NCBI RefSeq assembly: GCF_006345805.1
Contig: NC_043003.1
Coordinates: 79,856,001-79,920,000, forward strand
Origin: Octopus sinensis
Lineage: Eukaryota
Direction of reading: 5' to 3'
DNA: 64,000 nucleotides
The position numbers and the translations under genes were made by a program. Shown here piece by piece: positions 51,020 through 63,190 of the stretch; the stretch's first letter is position 1; the number at the start of each line of letters is the position of its first letter. Below the pieces are notes generated by a model, which was not told the origin of the DNA, made no database searches, and saw nothing but the letters and a program-made list of their open reading frames with translations.

Positions 51020-51199
51020 TCTAATTATGGTACAAGGAAGCAATTTATAGGAGAAATTACATCGGTCCCACTGCTCAAGTGCAAATTATCTTATCAGCCC
51101 CGAAAAGATGACAGACTTCGAAGGATTTTAATAAAGATCCGGAAGAAATGCCATTAAATGCTTTATCCGAGGCGTTAAAGATTCTGTCAGTTAACCGCC

Positions 51200-51201
<2 letters not shown>
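51020..51201 (-). mobile_element. SINE family B, degenerate, head abutting (AAT)n
   Basis: ccccgaaaagatgacag..gcgttaaagattctgtcagttaaccgcctt followed by (AAT)n. Confidence 0.7.
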
Positions 51202-51260
<59 letters not shown>

Positions 51261-53169
51261 TAATAATAACGACGACGATGGCGATGACGATGATGATGTT
51301 GATAATGATGATAACCAAAAATAACCATAGTTTTCCTTCTCGTCGCCATCTTCCCTCTCTTACAACTACCTGTCATAGATGCAAAGCCACATATAATTTT
51401 GGTAGATCAAAATGGATTTAACCCTTCTCCCTTGTACACAACTTCTACCTCTATAACTAAGTGAGGCTGCAATTGAGACCAAAACCTGAAACTAAATCTC
51501 CTAAGTTGTTTTCACCCTGCTATCCAGTATCAGCCCTATTCAAAATCATTAGAATGATACTCATTAAGGGACGAACGAATCATAACTTTTGTTGCCGTCG
51601 ACTTCTTACAACATACATTGCTGGATATTTTAGTGTTGATATTCTTTCAATTCATAATGCTAATCCGTGTTTAAACGTTGAAATATGTTTCATCGCAATG
51701 ATCTACGATCTGTAATTGTGCTCAACTGACGAGGTTTAATAATTCCGAAACAAATCTGGAATTGTCGCCATAACTTTCAATGTTAAGACACACTACCCCA
51801 TTATATTCTATTTTTAATTGATTTTAAATCATTTCATTCTCATAGTCTGGTTCCTTTGTCTCTCTAGAGTCAATTTATTGATAATATTTCTTTTGGAAAA
51901 GAGTGAAACTTGTATTCATTACATTGTTTCTGGATCTGTTCATTAACTTCACGAAAATTTAATATTTGAAAACCTGACAGACCTATGAGACAGACAACAT
52001 ATTTAAAAATACCTTACGGTACGAATAATGTAATTATGAGCATAGAAATATATCAAGATGATGATAATAATGTCGGCAGTGGTGGTGGCTTTTGGAAGAG
52101 ATAGGAAAATAATAAAAATGGCTGTTCCTGTTTTACAGTTTCGTTTTGATTACCAAGAATTACCTAATTTATATGCAATAGAAAATAAAACCAATTCCCG
52201 AAGCTATTTTTTTCTGATTTCTTTTTCTTCTCCACGACAAATGATCAGTGCAGATTGGAAACTGTTCAGTGGTTTGAAATATTTATTTGAATATAGTTAA
52301 ATTTTTCTGCTTTGTCGAGGTAAATATAATTTTACTTTCTTTGTACAATGTTTAATATTAATTATTTCTATATACTTTGGACTAAAAAACTGGGATTAGT
52401 TTTAGAACAATGATTGCCTTTTACAGATGTGAACAGAGGAAATTCATTACTAAAAAAGTTTCTTTCAAGAAAATTAAAAAAAAAATTAGATTTAATATTT
52501 TGTATAAAATACACGAACAAAAATAATTATTCCCGAGAAATGTCGCACTCTTTGTAAAGGATATTACAATTGTCTGAGAATAGCAAGGAATATTAAAAAG
52601 TAAGTAATTAATTTTATTTATTCAAATTATTTCTGAAATTAATGCAACAGAATTTAACATTATTAAAGAATAGTCTCAATTTCTTCGCGAATTGTTTGAC
52701 TATATTTTATGTATTCTGTTCATATGCATTAGAAAGAGATAGATGATAGCGAAAAACTAAGAGAAAAAGAAATTGATTCCATACAATAATTCTACCTCAG
52801 TCTTCCACTTTATTTGTGAAACACAGAAGTTTCAACCTTGTTGATAATTATCCGAATTAAAATGTAATTCTTGTCGTTGCGAGGGTAAAAAATTAAGTGA
52901 ACCTGCCTATATTCTGAATGGGGATTTAAATGATTTCCCTTACACTACTCAAAAAAGGAATCGATTTATTTGAGACAATATGAAGATATTATCAAATGAG
53001 GAATATATTATTGTTGGTAAAGCGGTGAAATAACGGTAAAGAGTGAAAGGAGCACCACGTTGTTGCAATTAATTGCAGATTTAGCTCTATAATAAATAGT
53101 TTTTCGCTTATTCGCGAAATGAAGGCCAGAAATATCTGAGGTAGGAATAGCAGAAAAAAATATACATGC

Positions 53170-55040
53170 TAGTACTTGACAGGTAGTCTATTTTATCGTC
53201 CCTGGAAGGATAAATGGCAAAGCTGATCTCTGTGAGTTCTGGACGTGAAGAGTTGGAACAAACACCGCAAGGCTTTTCGTTCAATGTTCTAAGAATTTTA
53301 CCCATTTACCACGTTTAATAAATGTTTCTTACATAGGTACAATGCCTGAAACTTGAGGAGAGGAAAGTGTGAATTATATAAACTCTAGTAGTTTGCAGGA
53401 GCTTTATTGTCAGGACCCGGAAAAATAAAATGCGAGGTTCATCTGGGTGGAATATGAGAAGGACAAATACAGCATAGCATTTTCTCCAATCCATCACCCA
53501 CTCTACAGGAAAAATGGTTTCTAATTTAGGCACACAGGGCAATAATTTTGAAAAGAGAAAGCTTACTCGATATCATAGACGTCAGTACTGAAGCTTATTT
53601 TATCGACCCTGATGGATCAAAGCTAAGGTTGAACTCGGTAGGATTTGAACTCAGAACATAAAGGCCCGGACGAAATACTGCAAGGCATCTTTTGCTGACG
53701 TTCTAATGATTCGGTCAGCTTGTTGTCTTTACTCCTCAGCAAATATTTTGAGCATTCATAATTACAGAAAAAAAAATCGTTTCCACCGAAATCAACTTTA
53801 CTTTTTAACGTTTCGCGGTCAATAAATTAAGTACCAGCTGAACCCTGGGGCCGGTGTGATTGACAAATATTCTCCACTCAAATATTACGGGCCTTGTGCC
53901 AAAATAAATTTGTAATACAAGGAAAGAAATCACTAACCATTCTCAAGAGTAAAAACAAAACAAAACAAGTACCTAAAGAAGGATCTTAGCATCTGGATCA
54001 AAGAAAAGCAAAGTCTAGTTGGGAATATTTCACTTTGTTTTTGAGAATTTTATCTTCTTGCTTCAGAGATTAGACTCTGACCATGCGAGGGCACCACCTT
54101 GAAGGGTATCAGTCGGACAACTAGACCCCAGTACTTATTCGTCTATGTCAGGTACTTATTCTATCATTTTCTGAAACCGAAACGCTACGTTACAAGGGTG
54201 TAAACAAACCACTACTGGTTGTCAAGCGGTGGCGAGGGATAAACACAAAGACACATACACACACTCACACACTCTCACACAGACACACATATATCCAGAA
54301 CGACGTAAAAACGGATGAAATGCTTGGCGGAGTTTCGCTTATCATTACATTCTGAGTTCAAATTCCACCGAGGTCAACTTCTTTCATTCTTTCAGGATCG
54401 GGGAAAATATCTACCAGTTGAGCACAAGGGTCGGCTTAACCAACAAGCTTCTTCCTCCAAAATTTCAGTCCTTGTACCTATTGTGGAATGGAATATTTAC
54501 TCTACATTTCGTGGGATTTTTTTTTCTTATTATCATTTTCCCCCTTCATTGAGGTGTACATAGTAGCAGGCTGTATTAGAACTAGGAATCTTCTTTTTAC
54601 CCACTCCGCAGTTCTATTTACTCACGTAGTTTAGTTTACAAATAAAGTCTCAGAGTTCGAATTTTGTCAGATATTATGTAGATAACAACGAATAACAAAC
54701 CGTAAATAAATTTTAGAGATCAATGTACGGTATCTCAGGGGACATTAATAATCTCATAGTTAAGTTCGTTTTTGAGAAATGATCGCTATTCTATCTTTTG
54801 CAATGCTAAATGATTTTAAGCGATGATGTGGAATATATAATTATTTCGAATTGATGCACAAAACCAACAATGCTCGTGTTGGAGGAAAGTTTATCGGTTA
54901 TATCGACCTCAGTACTTGACTTGTACTTTATGTTATCGACCCCGGCGGGATGAAAGGCAAAGATAACGTCGGCGAGATTTGAAGTGTGTATTTAAAGAAT
55001 CGGAACAAATATGGCAAGTATTTTGTCCGATGCTTTAACG
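53170..55040. mobile_element. Cluster of degenerate SINEs (family B at ~53170-53290 -, 53575-53725 -, 53790-53910 +, 54300-54490 +, 54870-55040 -; family A 3' half at 54055-54290 -)
   Basis: Recurrent tttatcgacc, atttgaactcagaac, aagtaccag and ggtacttattctatc motifs. Confidence 0.7.
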
Positions 55041-56309
55041 ATTCTGCCAATCCACCGCTCTAATGTCAAATATTTAATGCTAGGAATATAAAAGAATGCA
55101 TAATGTATTACATACTGCCCTATAAACTCAACTTACCGTCAACATCAAACACTTTGAAAGAAAAGAAAACGAAAAGAACAAACACGTATATATTCGTTTG
55201 ACGGAAACTCTACTATAGTTCAACATATTATGAGAACACGTTTAATATCCATTATGCAGAATTTCTTTTGAAAATTTGATGGAGTAAACATATTAAACTT
55301 AGGGAGGTTTATAAGTTTTGAATAGCACCCAGTATTGATGTGTCAGTTATATATTTATATATTCCAAAACGACTCATACTAAGATTAGAATATTAAGTAT
55401 ATGTTATTTGCTGACTCTGAAGCTACATTTTGTTAAGTATATCTGTTCATGTTGATATATGTGATATCAAATATGTGATTAAATGTACTATGTTCAGTTT
55501 GTTGAGCTTTTGAATAATAAGATTGGGTCAATGAAATAGCAGTAAGTATACTTCTTTTATATGTACTCTCAAAAAAGAAAAAAAGTAAAAGAATATTATT
55601 GGACAATACAAGTCAGTCAGATGCTGCGACAGAGAGTGCTTTTCTCTTTTCAGTGAGGGGAACTAGAAACATTTGTGGTGGGTTAATCATAACCTGATAT
55701 GAAACACCAATCACCGTTATTATCTATTTGATGAAATAGCAAGATAATATATTACTGAAGTAAATGATTTACAATATTTAGTAAAGGGATATAATCGGAG
55801 TAAACTAAAGATAATCTGCATTGACAAAAGCTACAAAAAATCAAACGCCAGAATATGTATTTAAGGCGTGCGGATACAGAGAACGTCTGAGTATCTGCTG
55901 AACTTTTCGCCCAGATAGTTTAGACATCTTTTCGTCTCGGCATAGAAATATGTTCCATTGCTTAAATTTATAGCAATATTCAGTATTTATTTTCCAGGTT
56001 CAAATTCAGGTAAAAAAAAAAACATAGATTTTAGTTTCACTGACACAGGGCTTGTATTATTATTTTTGTATAAGGACTTCAGAAGTATGACAAGAATATA
56101 ATAAGAAGAATTAGTAATTAGAATTTCAAAGGCTAGTGAGTAAAATAACATAGGTCAAAGTGAAAATGGATTTACGGACGCCATCTTTTTTCGGAATATA
56201 AAGGACGAGAATAATTATTGGACACAAACGTCAATTACGAGTCTCTTGATAAACACTAGGAGGTAATCTTCGCCTGTCTATCGTAATTACAAGCCTTACT
56301 TTTATTAAG

Positions 56310-56313
56310 GTAT

Positions 56314-56396
<83 letters not shown>

Positions 56397-56754
56397 ATGT
56401 GTGTATATATATGCGTGTGTTTATGTATATGTGAGTGTGTGTATATATGGGTGTGTGTTTATATATATATATATGTGCGTTTATGTATATATGTGTATAT
56501 GTATATATATGTATATATGTGTGTGTTTATACATATGTATGTGTGTATTTATATATATATATATATATGTATGCGCTTCCGTGCATGTATGTATGTATGT
56601 GTGTGTATATATAAGTATGTGTGTGTATACATATGAATTGTATATATATGTATATGTGTATATATATGTATGTGTGTATATATATATATATGTATGCGTG
56701 CCTATATATATGTACTTATGTATACATATATATATACGTATGTGTATACATAAG

Positions 56755-56788
<34 letters not shown>

Positions 56789-57150
56789 ATATGTGTGTAT
56801 GTGTGTATATATATGCGTGTGTTTATGTATATGTGAGTGTGTGTATATATGGGTGTGTGTTTATATATATATATATGTGCGTTTATGTATATATGTGTAT
56901 ATGTATATATATGTATATATGTGTGTGTTTATACATATGTATGTGTGTATTTATATATATATATATATGTATGCGCTTCCGTGCATGTATGTATGTGTGT
57001 GTATATATAAGTATGTGTGTGTATACATATGAATTGTATATATATGTATATGTGTATATATATGTATGTGTGTATATATATATATATGTATGCGTGCCTA
57101 TATATATGTACTTATGTATACATATATATATACGTATGTGTATACATAAG

Positions 57151-57186
<36 letters not shown>

Positions 57187-57300
57187 TATTTATACGCATG
57201 CATATATATATATGTATATATGTGTATACGTGTGCATATATATGTACGTATATTTGTAAATGTGTGTGTATCTATCTATCTCTATCTCTCTCTCTCTCAT
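56310..57300. repeat. Long compound TA/TG microsatellite containing a ~400-bp tandem duplication
   Basis: Unique anchors repeat at 402/400/396-bp offsets. Confidence 0.9.
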
Positions 57301-58085
57301 ATATATAAACTACTTTTCTGTATACTTTTCTACTAACACATACTAAAACCTGTAGGCTTTAGGTGGAGAACTGGAAACTTTGAAAACAGAGTAACTAAGA
57401 ATTAAGATTGTGGCATTTTGGAGTTTTGGATGCCCGTAGCTTATTTCCAACTATTTACTTACCTTGGGAATAATTTATTGAGAGATGAGTTACTTCAGCT
57501 TATTGCGATTTGTATTGCATGATACTTGAAGCTACGGGAAAGGCAGGCATATCTTCAGTTGTGGCATAATATTGTAATAGTTTTAAAGTTATATCGCCTT
57601 AATAAACTTCGAAAATTGACGGAATACCACAAACTGTTGCTAGGAGTAGTAGCATCCATGTAATTTTACCCAGTATATATCTTCTATAGTATGTTATTGA
57701 CATGAATCAATGGCGGGAACTTTCAATAGTCATTTCGATCTGCTAGAAATAACAGCTAACCTTAAACTCAATCCTTACTTTCTAAAAATAAGTCAAACGC
57801 ATTCGATAATGGTGTTTTACACTTTGGCTGGTCATCAACGAAGACGCTATCTTGAAGATCTCATTCATTTGAATAAAACATGTCAGTGGAATCTTAGTGA
57901 CATCTCTAGAAGCTGTGGTATAATAAACAACATTACAGAACGGTCACATGGAGAATATACTTCATTAGATGTTCGCTTGTTTTGTGCTTAGATGGAGCTA
58001 AATATCAACCAGAACAACTGGCACATATTTCTCAATCTTCATAGGCTGAAAAGCAAAGTAAGTCTTAGTGGTATTTCAACATATA

Positions 58086-58250
58086 GGCGCAGGAGTGGCT
58101 GTGTGGTAAGTAGCTTGTTTACCAACCACATGGTTCCGGGTTCAGTCCCACTACGTGGCACCTTGGGCAAGTGTCTTCTACTATAGCCTCGGGCCGACCA
58201 AAGCCTTGTGAGTGGATTTGGTAGACGGAAACTGAAAGAAGCCTGTCGTA

Positions 58251-58283
<33 letters not shown>

Positions 58284-58505
58284 GCGTGTGTGTGTTTGTA
58301 TATCTGTGTTTGTCCACCTAGCATTGCTTGACAACCGATACTGGTGTGTTTATGTCCCCGTTACTTAGCGGTTCGGCAAAAGAGACTGATAGAATAAGTA
58401 CTGGGCTTAGAAAAGAATAAGTCCCGGGGTCGAGTTGCTCGATTAAAGGCGGTGCTCCAGCATGGCCGCAGTCAAATGACTGAAACAAGTAAAAGAGTAA
58501 AAAAG
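58086..58505 (+). mobile_element. SINE family A, full length, young
   Basis: Closely matches the 23436 copy, tRNA-like head to aaaagagt tail. Confidence 0.93.
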
Positions 58506-58604
58506 AAAGAATATACAACGTAGTACGTCAATTTGCTCAATAGACATTTTACCGATTCTGCTAAGAAGAGATCTGCTAACTATTAAAATTGACTTTAATA
58601 TAGG

Positions 58605-58790
58605 CACAAGGCAACATTTTGTGAGGGGGCGTTAGCTAATTAAATCAAGTGAAATATTTGATTAGTTCATAATTCTATCGACCTTTGAAGAATTAGTGGC
58701 AAAGTTGACCTCGGCGAATTTGAACTTTGAGTGTAGAGAATGGTCGCAAGGCATTTATCCCACGCTCTAGCGATTCTACCGGTTCTACCG
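58605..58790 (-). mobile_element. SINE family B, degenerate
   Basis: ggcacaaggc..tatcgacc..ggcaaagttgacctcggcgaatttgaac. Confidence 0.7.
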
Positions 58791-59009
58791 GCTCTACTAT
58801 TATTTCTCATGGTAATCCTCATATATACATATATATAATCCCAAAAGAGTTAGAGGTTGTTAATGCAACCAACTAAGGGATAATATCTATCCAATATACT
58901 GCTGGTAGGAAACCCAATTATTAATACACAAGTGTTTTTTCTTTGCATGCCAATTACACTACTGAATGTAATAAATGGGTGAGGGTAAAACAGATTTTTA
59001 CCCTCAATT

Positions 59010-59862
59010 TATGCAGCAACAAGAAAATGGAGTCGATCAAGATGTGGTATTCATCAACTTTTAGACATTATGTTATGTCTATTTATTTGGTTTTGTAAAA
59101 AAAAACTTATAACAATATACATACAGGTATAGCATAATATGCTTTACATATACAATATATAAAAATACCAGTAATTATTAAAGTATATAACGTAGATCAC
59201 AAAATATAGGGTATCTTACAGCATACATACACATATAGTGTACTTATATATTTATGTACTCCTCATTTATATACCATTTCATTCCTACATAACTACAATA
59301 ATCTTAGGATATATTGTTTTTATATTCCACTATTATTTCTTTTGATAACTTTCTCCTTCCTCTGTTTATACTTTATCTAATAAGAATAATATAATACACC
59401 TAATAATAATAATAAGTGATTCCTTTGTATGCATATACATATACATATGAATAAAGTGTTTTTGTATGTTTATATTTATGTATGTATATGTATAAGTGTG
59501 TATGTATTTGTATTTATAACTTAACCTTATGAACTTTCTAAATTCTCTGACGAAGCCCAGAGGCACACCCAAGTACCTTAATCTTATCTACCAAATAATT
59601 CAGGGATATAAGTAGATTGGGGTACTTTGGTCTCTTGCTGAAACGGCTGTAAGATATTATCCTATCTTTTGTGATCTACATTATATATTTTAATAGTCAC
59701 AGGTATTTATATAAAATGTATATGTAAAGTATATTATACTATACATGTAAGTATATTGTTATAAGGTTTTTAAAAAACAAATTAAATATATAGACATGAT
59801 ATAATGTCTAAAAGTTGATGAATACCACCCTTTGATCCCTTCCATATTCTTATTGTTGTATA
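59010..59862. mobile_element. Inverted pair of Penelope-like pLTR/retrozyme-like segments
   Basis: 59010-59221 is a reverse-complement homolog (~80% by eye) of 59646-59862; hammerhead motif in the spacer. Confidence 0.6.
59544..59654 (+). ncRNA. Type I hammerhead ribozyme motif
   Basis: CUGACGA 59547-59553; extended stem II (agc/gcu, agag/cucu, aaguacc/gguacuu); GAAAC 59640-59644; GGCU loop; GUA 59649-59651; 3-bp stem I ucu/aga. Confidence 0.6.
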
Positions 59863-59899
59863 CATATATATATATTTACCATATATATATTTACCTATT

Positions 59900-60490
59900 C
59901 CCCATAGGAAGTGGTAGCCACAACAAGGCATACACCAGGCATTCCATTCATTTCCCAGCTTAAAGAGGTGAGCTCCGTCATATGCTCGGGTCAAGGCATA
60001 GAAACCAACCCCTGATATCAGCAGCGGACCCGACAGCATACCCTGGTTTACCCCCACCGCATCATGTTGGTTCCGTACCCTTTCGAGCAACATCACATTC
60101 GCTCATCCGTCCACAAACACTGAGCAAGCTTTCCTATCATTAATAAACTCTCTTGCCTCTCTCACACCAACACCTTTAACCACGAAGGCTTTTCCCAATA
60201 CATCCATCCGTACAAACCGAGGTTTGCCTCAGGTTCTGCTGCCTAATACTTTTGTCTTCATCATCCTCCTTACCATCCGTTCCTCATCCCTCCTCACCAT
60301 GTGGCTAAGCGACCTCAACATTCGTCTATCCATTCTGGTACATAGATTTTCTCTCACTCCTACTCGCCTTCGCAGCTACTCTTTCCTCATCCTGTTCATC
60401 CGTGTCACACCAACAATAGCCCTCAAACATCTCATCTCAAACACATCTAGTTACCTCCTTTCCGCCTCTCAAAGACCCCAGGTCTCTTCT
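59900..60490 (-). mobile_element. RTE-clade LINE 3' fragment
   Basis: ETWGL*EAERR*LDVFEMRCLRAIVGVTRMNRMRKE on the minus strand. Confidence 0.8.
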
Positions 60491-60639
60491 TTTCTTTTCT
60501 CCAAGTAAGTTTTTATATATAATTATGACGCGAAACTCTGTAATACTTTGCTTGACCTTTCCTTCCTTCCTGTCTGTCTTCCTCTTTGTCTGTCTCTCTC
60601 CTTCTTATTTTTCACCCTTTCTGGTTTCCTTTCCTCTCT

Positions 60640-61160
60640 ATCTCTCTCTCTCTCTCTCACTCCTCCTCATCTCTCTCACTGCCGAGTCGACCAGCTTCCT
60701 TTCGCCCGCAGCCTTCTACAGGTCAACACGACTTTTTTCTTGCGCTCTGAATTTTTCCATCGTCTAGGCTTAAAAAAAGGCCCTCAATGTTGGTTTCCTT
60801 GTCATGTTTTTATTCTTTATGTGTACTGAATTTTTTTTGTATTTTTATTTTTATTTGTATTTTGATTGGTCTTTTACGTCCTGCTCTTGTCACATTTTTT
60901 CTTTCCTTGTTTTTAACCCTCTGCAAAGGAATTTTATTTAATTCTTTTGCAGGAAGGACTGCTTCTACGGGTCGTGTTCTGTCCTTACCTTCGAAACATG
61001 CATGGAGTCGAACCAGGGACAGCTGATGAAGGGGAATATTCCTTGTATTGTTTGTCTTGTACTCTGTTTTTTCATTGTTAAAAAAAGTCCGTTTCCATGT
61101 TTGTTCTTATGTTTTCGTTTCTCGTCGAGTTCTACGTCTATTTGTGGTGTCCCGTACTCA
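60640..61160. repeat. Unclassified T-rich dispersed repeat (related to 25670-25855)
   Basis: Shared motif order with the 25670 copy; ends at (TA)n. Confidence 0.4.
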
Positions 61161-61335
61161 TATATATATATATATATGTGTGTGTGTGTATATATATATA
61201 TATATGTATGTATTTATATGTGTGTATATATATATATGTATGTATTTATATATATATGCAATATATTTAAGTATTTATATATATGCATATATACATATAT
61301 ATTTATATACTTATATATGTAAATATATGTATATA

Positions 61336-61378
<43 letters not shown>

Positions 61379-61435
61379 CATTATTGGTGAATTGAAGAAA
61401 TGGAGCTGAACGCAGATTGAACAGAAATCGTTTTA

Positions 61436-61525
61436 TTTCATTCTACACGTGTTTCGAAAGGCACAAATTACCAAAATCCGATTGAATAATGGGACCATAT
61501 TGTGTCTTTCTCTTCAGGAAGAAAA
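61436..61525 (-). ncRNA. Type I hammerhead ribozyme motif (mirror copy)
   Basis: Exact reverse complement of the 61698-61787 motif; predicted cleavage after 61444 on the minus strand. Confidence 0.75.
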
Positions 61526-61697
61526 AAGGAAATCCGTTGGAAAAACAAAAACAGAACAGAGGCGGAGCAAAAAACAAATCGAACTGTGCTCCTAAGAGCC
61601 CATGGCGAAGAGTTTCGCCATGGGCTCTTAGGAGCACAGTTCGATTTGTTTTTTGCTCCGCCTCTGTTCTGTTTTTGTTTTTCCAACGGATTTCCTT

Positions 61698-61787
61698 TTT
61701 TCTTCCTGAAGAGAAAGACACAATATGGTCCCATTATTCAATCGGATTTTGGTAATTTGTGCCTTTCGAAACACGTGTAGAATGAAA
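61698..61787 (+). ncRNA. Type I hammerhead ribozyme motif
   Basis: CUGAAGA 61706-61712; stem II GAAAGACACAA/UUGUGCCUUUC (10 of 11 pairs); GAAAC 61768-61772; palindromic ACGU loop; GUA 61777-61779; stem I uuuucuuc/gaaugaaa. Confidence 0.8.
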
Positions 61788-61994
61788 TAAAACGATTTCT
61801 GTTCAATCTGCGTTCAGCTCCATTTCTTCAATTCACCAATAATGTTTTAATTTCAATTATCCGCACCAACGCACGGTTGCAACGCCAGATGGTTGTACCT
61901 CCAACCGTGCTGTTTACTGCTGTGATTTTTGCTACTAAGGTATCGGTTAAACTTTTGATTAATCTACTACAAGATTATTCATCTTTCTATTTCA

Positions 61995-61995
61995 C

Positions 61996-62034
<39 letters not shown>

Positions 62035-62389
62035 ACATGTACATGTATGTATGTATACATGTACATATATGTATGTATACATGTACATATATGTATGTAT
62101 ACATGTACATATATGTATGTATACATGTACATATATGTATATATATACATGCATATATGTATATATATGTATATGTGTGTATATGCATATATATGTATGT
62201 ATATATATGCATGTATATATGTATGTATATATATATATATGGATATATGTATATATGTATATATATATATACATATATATGTATGTATATATGTATATAG
62301 GTATATACATATATGTATACATACATATATGTATATGTGTATATATTTCTGTGTATATATACATGTATTCGTGTATGTATACATACATA

Positions 62390-62425
<36 letters not shown>

Positions 62426-62480
62426 TACTCGCATATAAGTATTCACAAATACCCCTCCACACAAACACACACACACATAC
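61995..62480. repeat. Compound TA/TACATG microsatellite
   Basis: Direct reading. Confidence 0.95.
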
Positions 62481-62999
62481 ACAAACATACACAGTGTTTG
62501 TTTGTACGGCTATGCGAATGCCCTAACTAATATACACAACTTGGTGAATTCAGAAGAAGATAACTGCTTTGCTGGAGATTATTTAGATACAAAATTGTGT
62601 ATTCATCAGTCGATAAACATTATTTCCAGTTGATATTTACATTCAGCATTATAATATATTCTACTTAGCAATATATAACATACCAGTTCATAGTTTAATA
62701 TCTTTGTTTTTATCAACAATTTCGAAACTATCCTTGATAAAGTATTATTGATTTTAAAAACGTTATTGTCTCTTCGAAGTTTTACTGATTTCTTTTTTAT
62801 TGTTCGCAACTTTTTATTTAACATTTTTACTTCTTCTTTAACTTTCATTTAGTCTCCCTTCCCACTCTTCCTTCACCACTCTCTCTCTCTCTAATCTTTC
62901 TTATCTTTCTATGTTATTTTTCCTATGTTATTTTTCATTTCATTTTCTCTGCAACACCACTACTACCGCCACTAACACCATCTCTTGTTTTTTACTACT

Positions 63000-63022
63000 A
63001 CAAGTAATACTATCACTACCGT

Positions 63023-63070
<48 letters not shown>

Positions 63071-63077
63071 AACCACC

Positions 63078-63146
<69 letters not shown>

Positions 63147-63190
63147 ATTACTAATACTGCCCCGTCGCTGCTGCTACTGCTACTACTACT
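63000..63190. repeat. (CTA)n/(CCA)n/(CTG)n trinucleotide tract
   Basis: Direct reading. Confidence 0.95.

Larger units (their letters stand above)
61377..61846. mobile_element. Perfect 470-bp palindrome (233-bp arms, GAGT loop); head-to-head Penelope-like pLTR/retrozyme pair
   Basis: Symmetry about 61610-61613; mirror ORFs in the track (61443- / 61502+, 61468- / 61489+) differ only at the loop; each arm carries a hammerhead motif. Confidence 0.85.

Noticed and set aside
55654-55700. Strong acceptor followed by RGTRNICGGLII, resembling a serine-protease CGG motif
   Set aside because: The frame closes immediately and no convincing donor or other protease motifs are nearby.
57461-57529. Minus-strand exon-like segment with good acceptor and GTAAGT donor
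   Set aside because: Stops in all three frames; it could be a non-coding exon but cannot be supported from sequence alone.
61443-61780. Four mirrored 88-92 aa ORFs
   Set aside because: They arise from the DNA palindrome and have no recognisable protein features.
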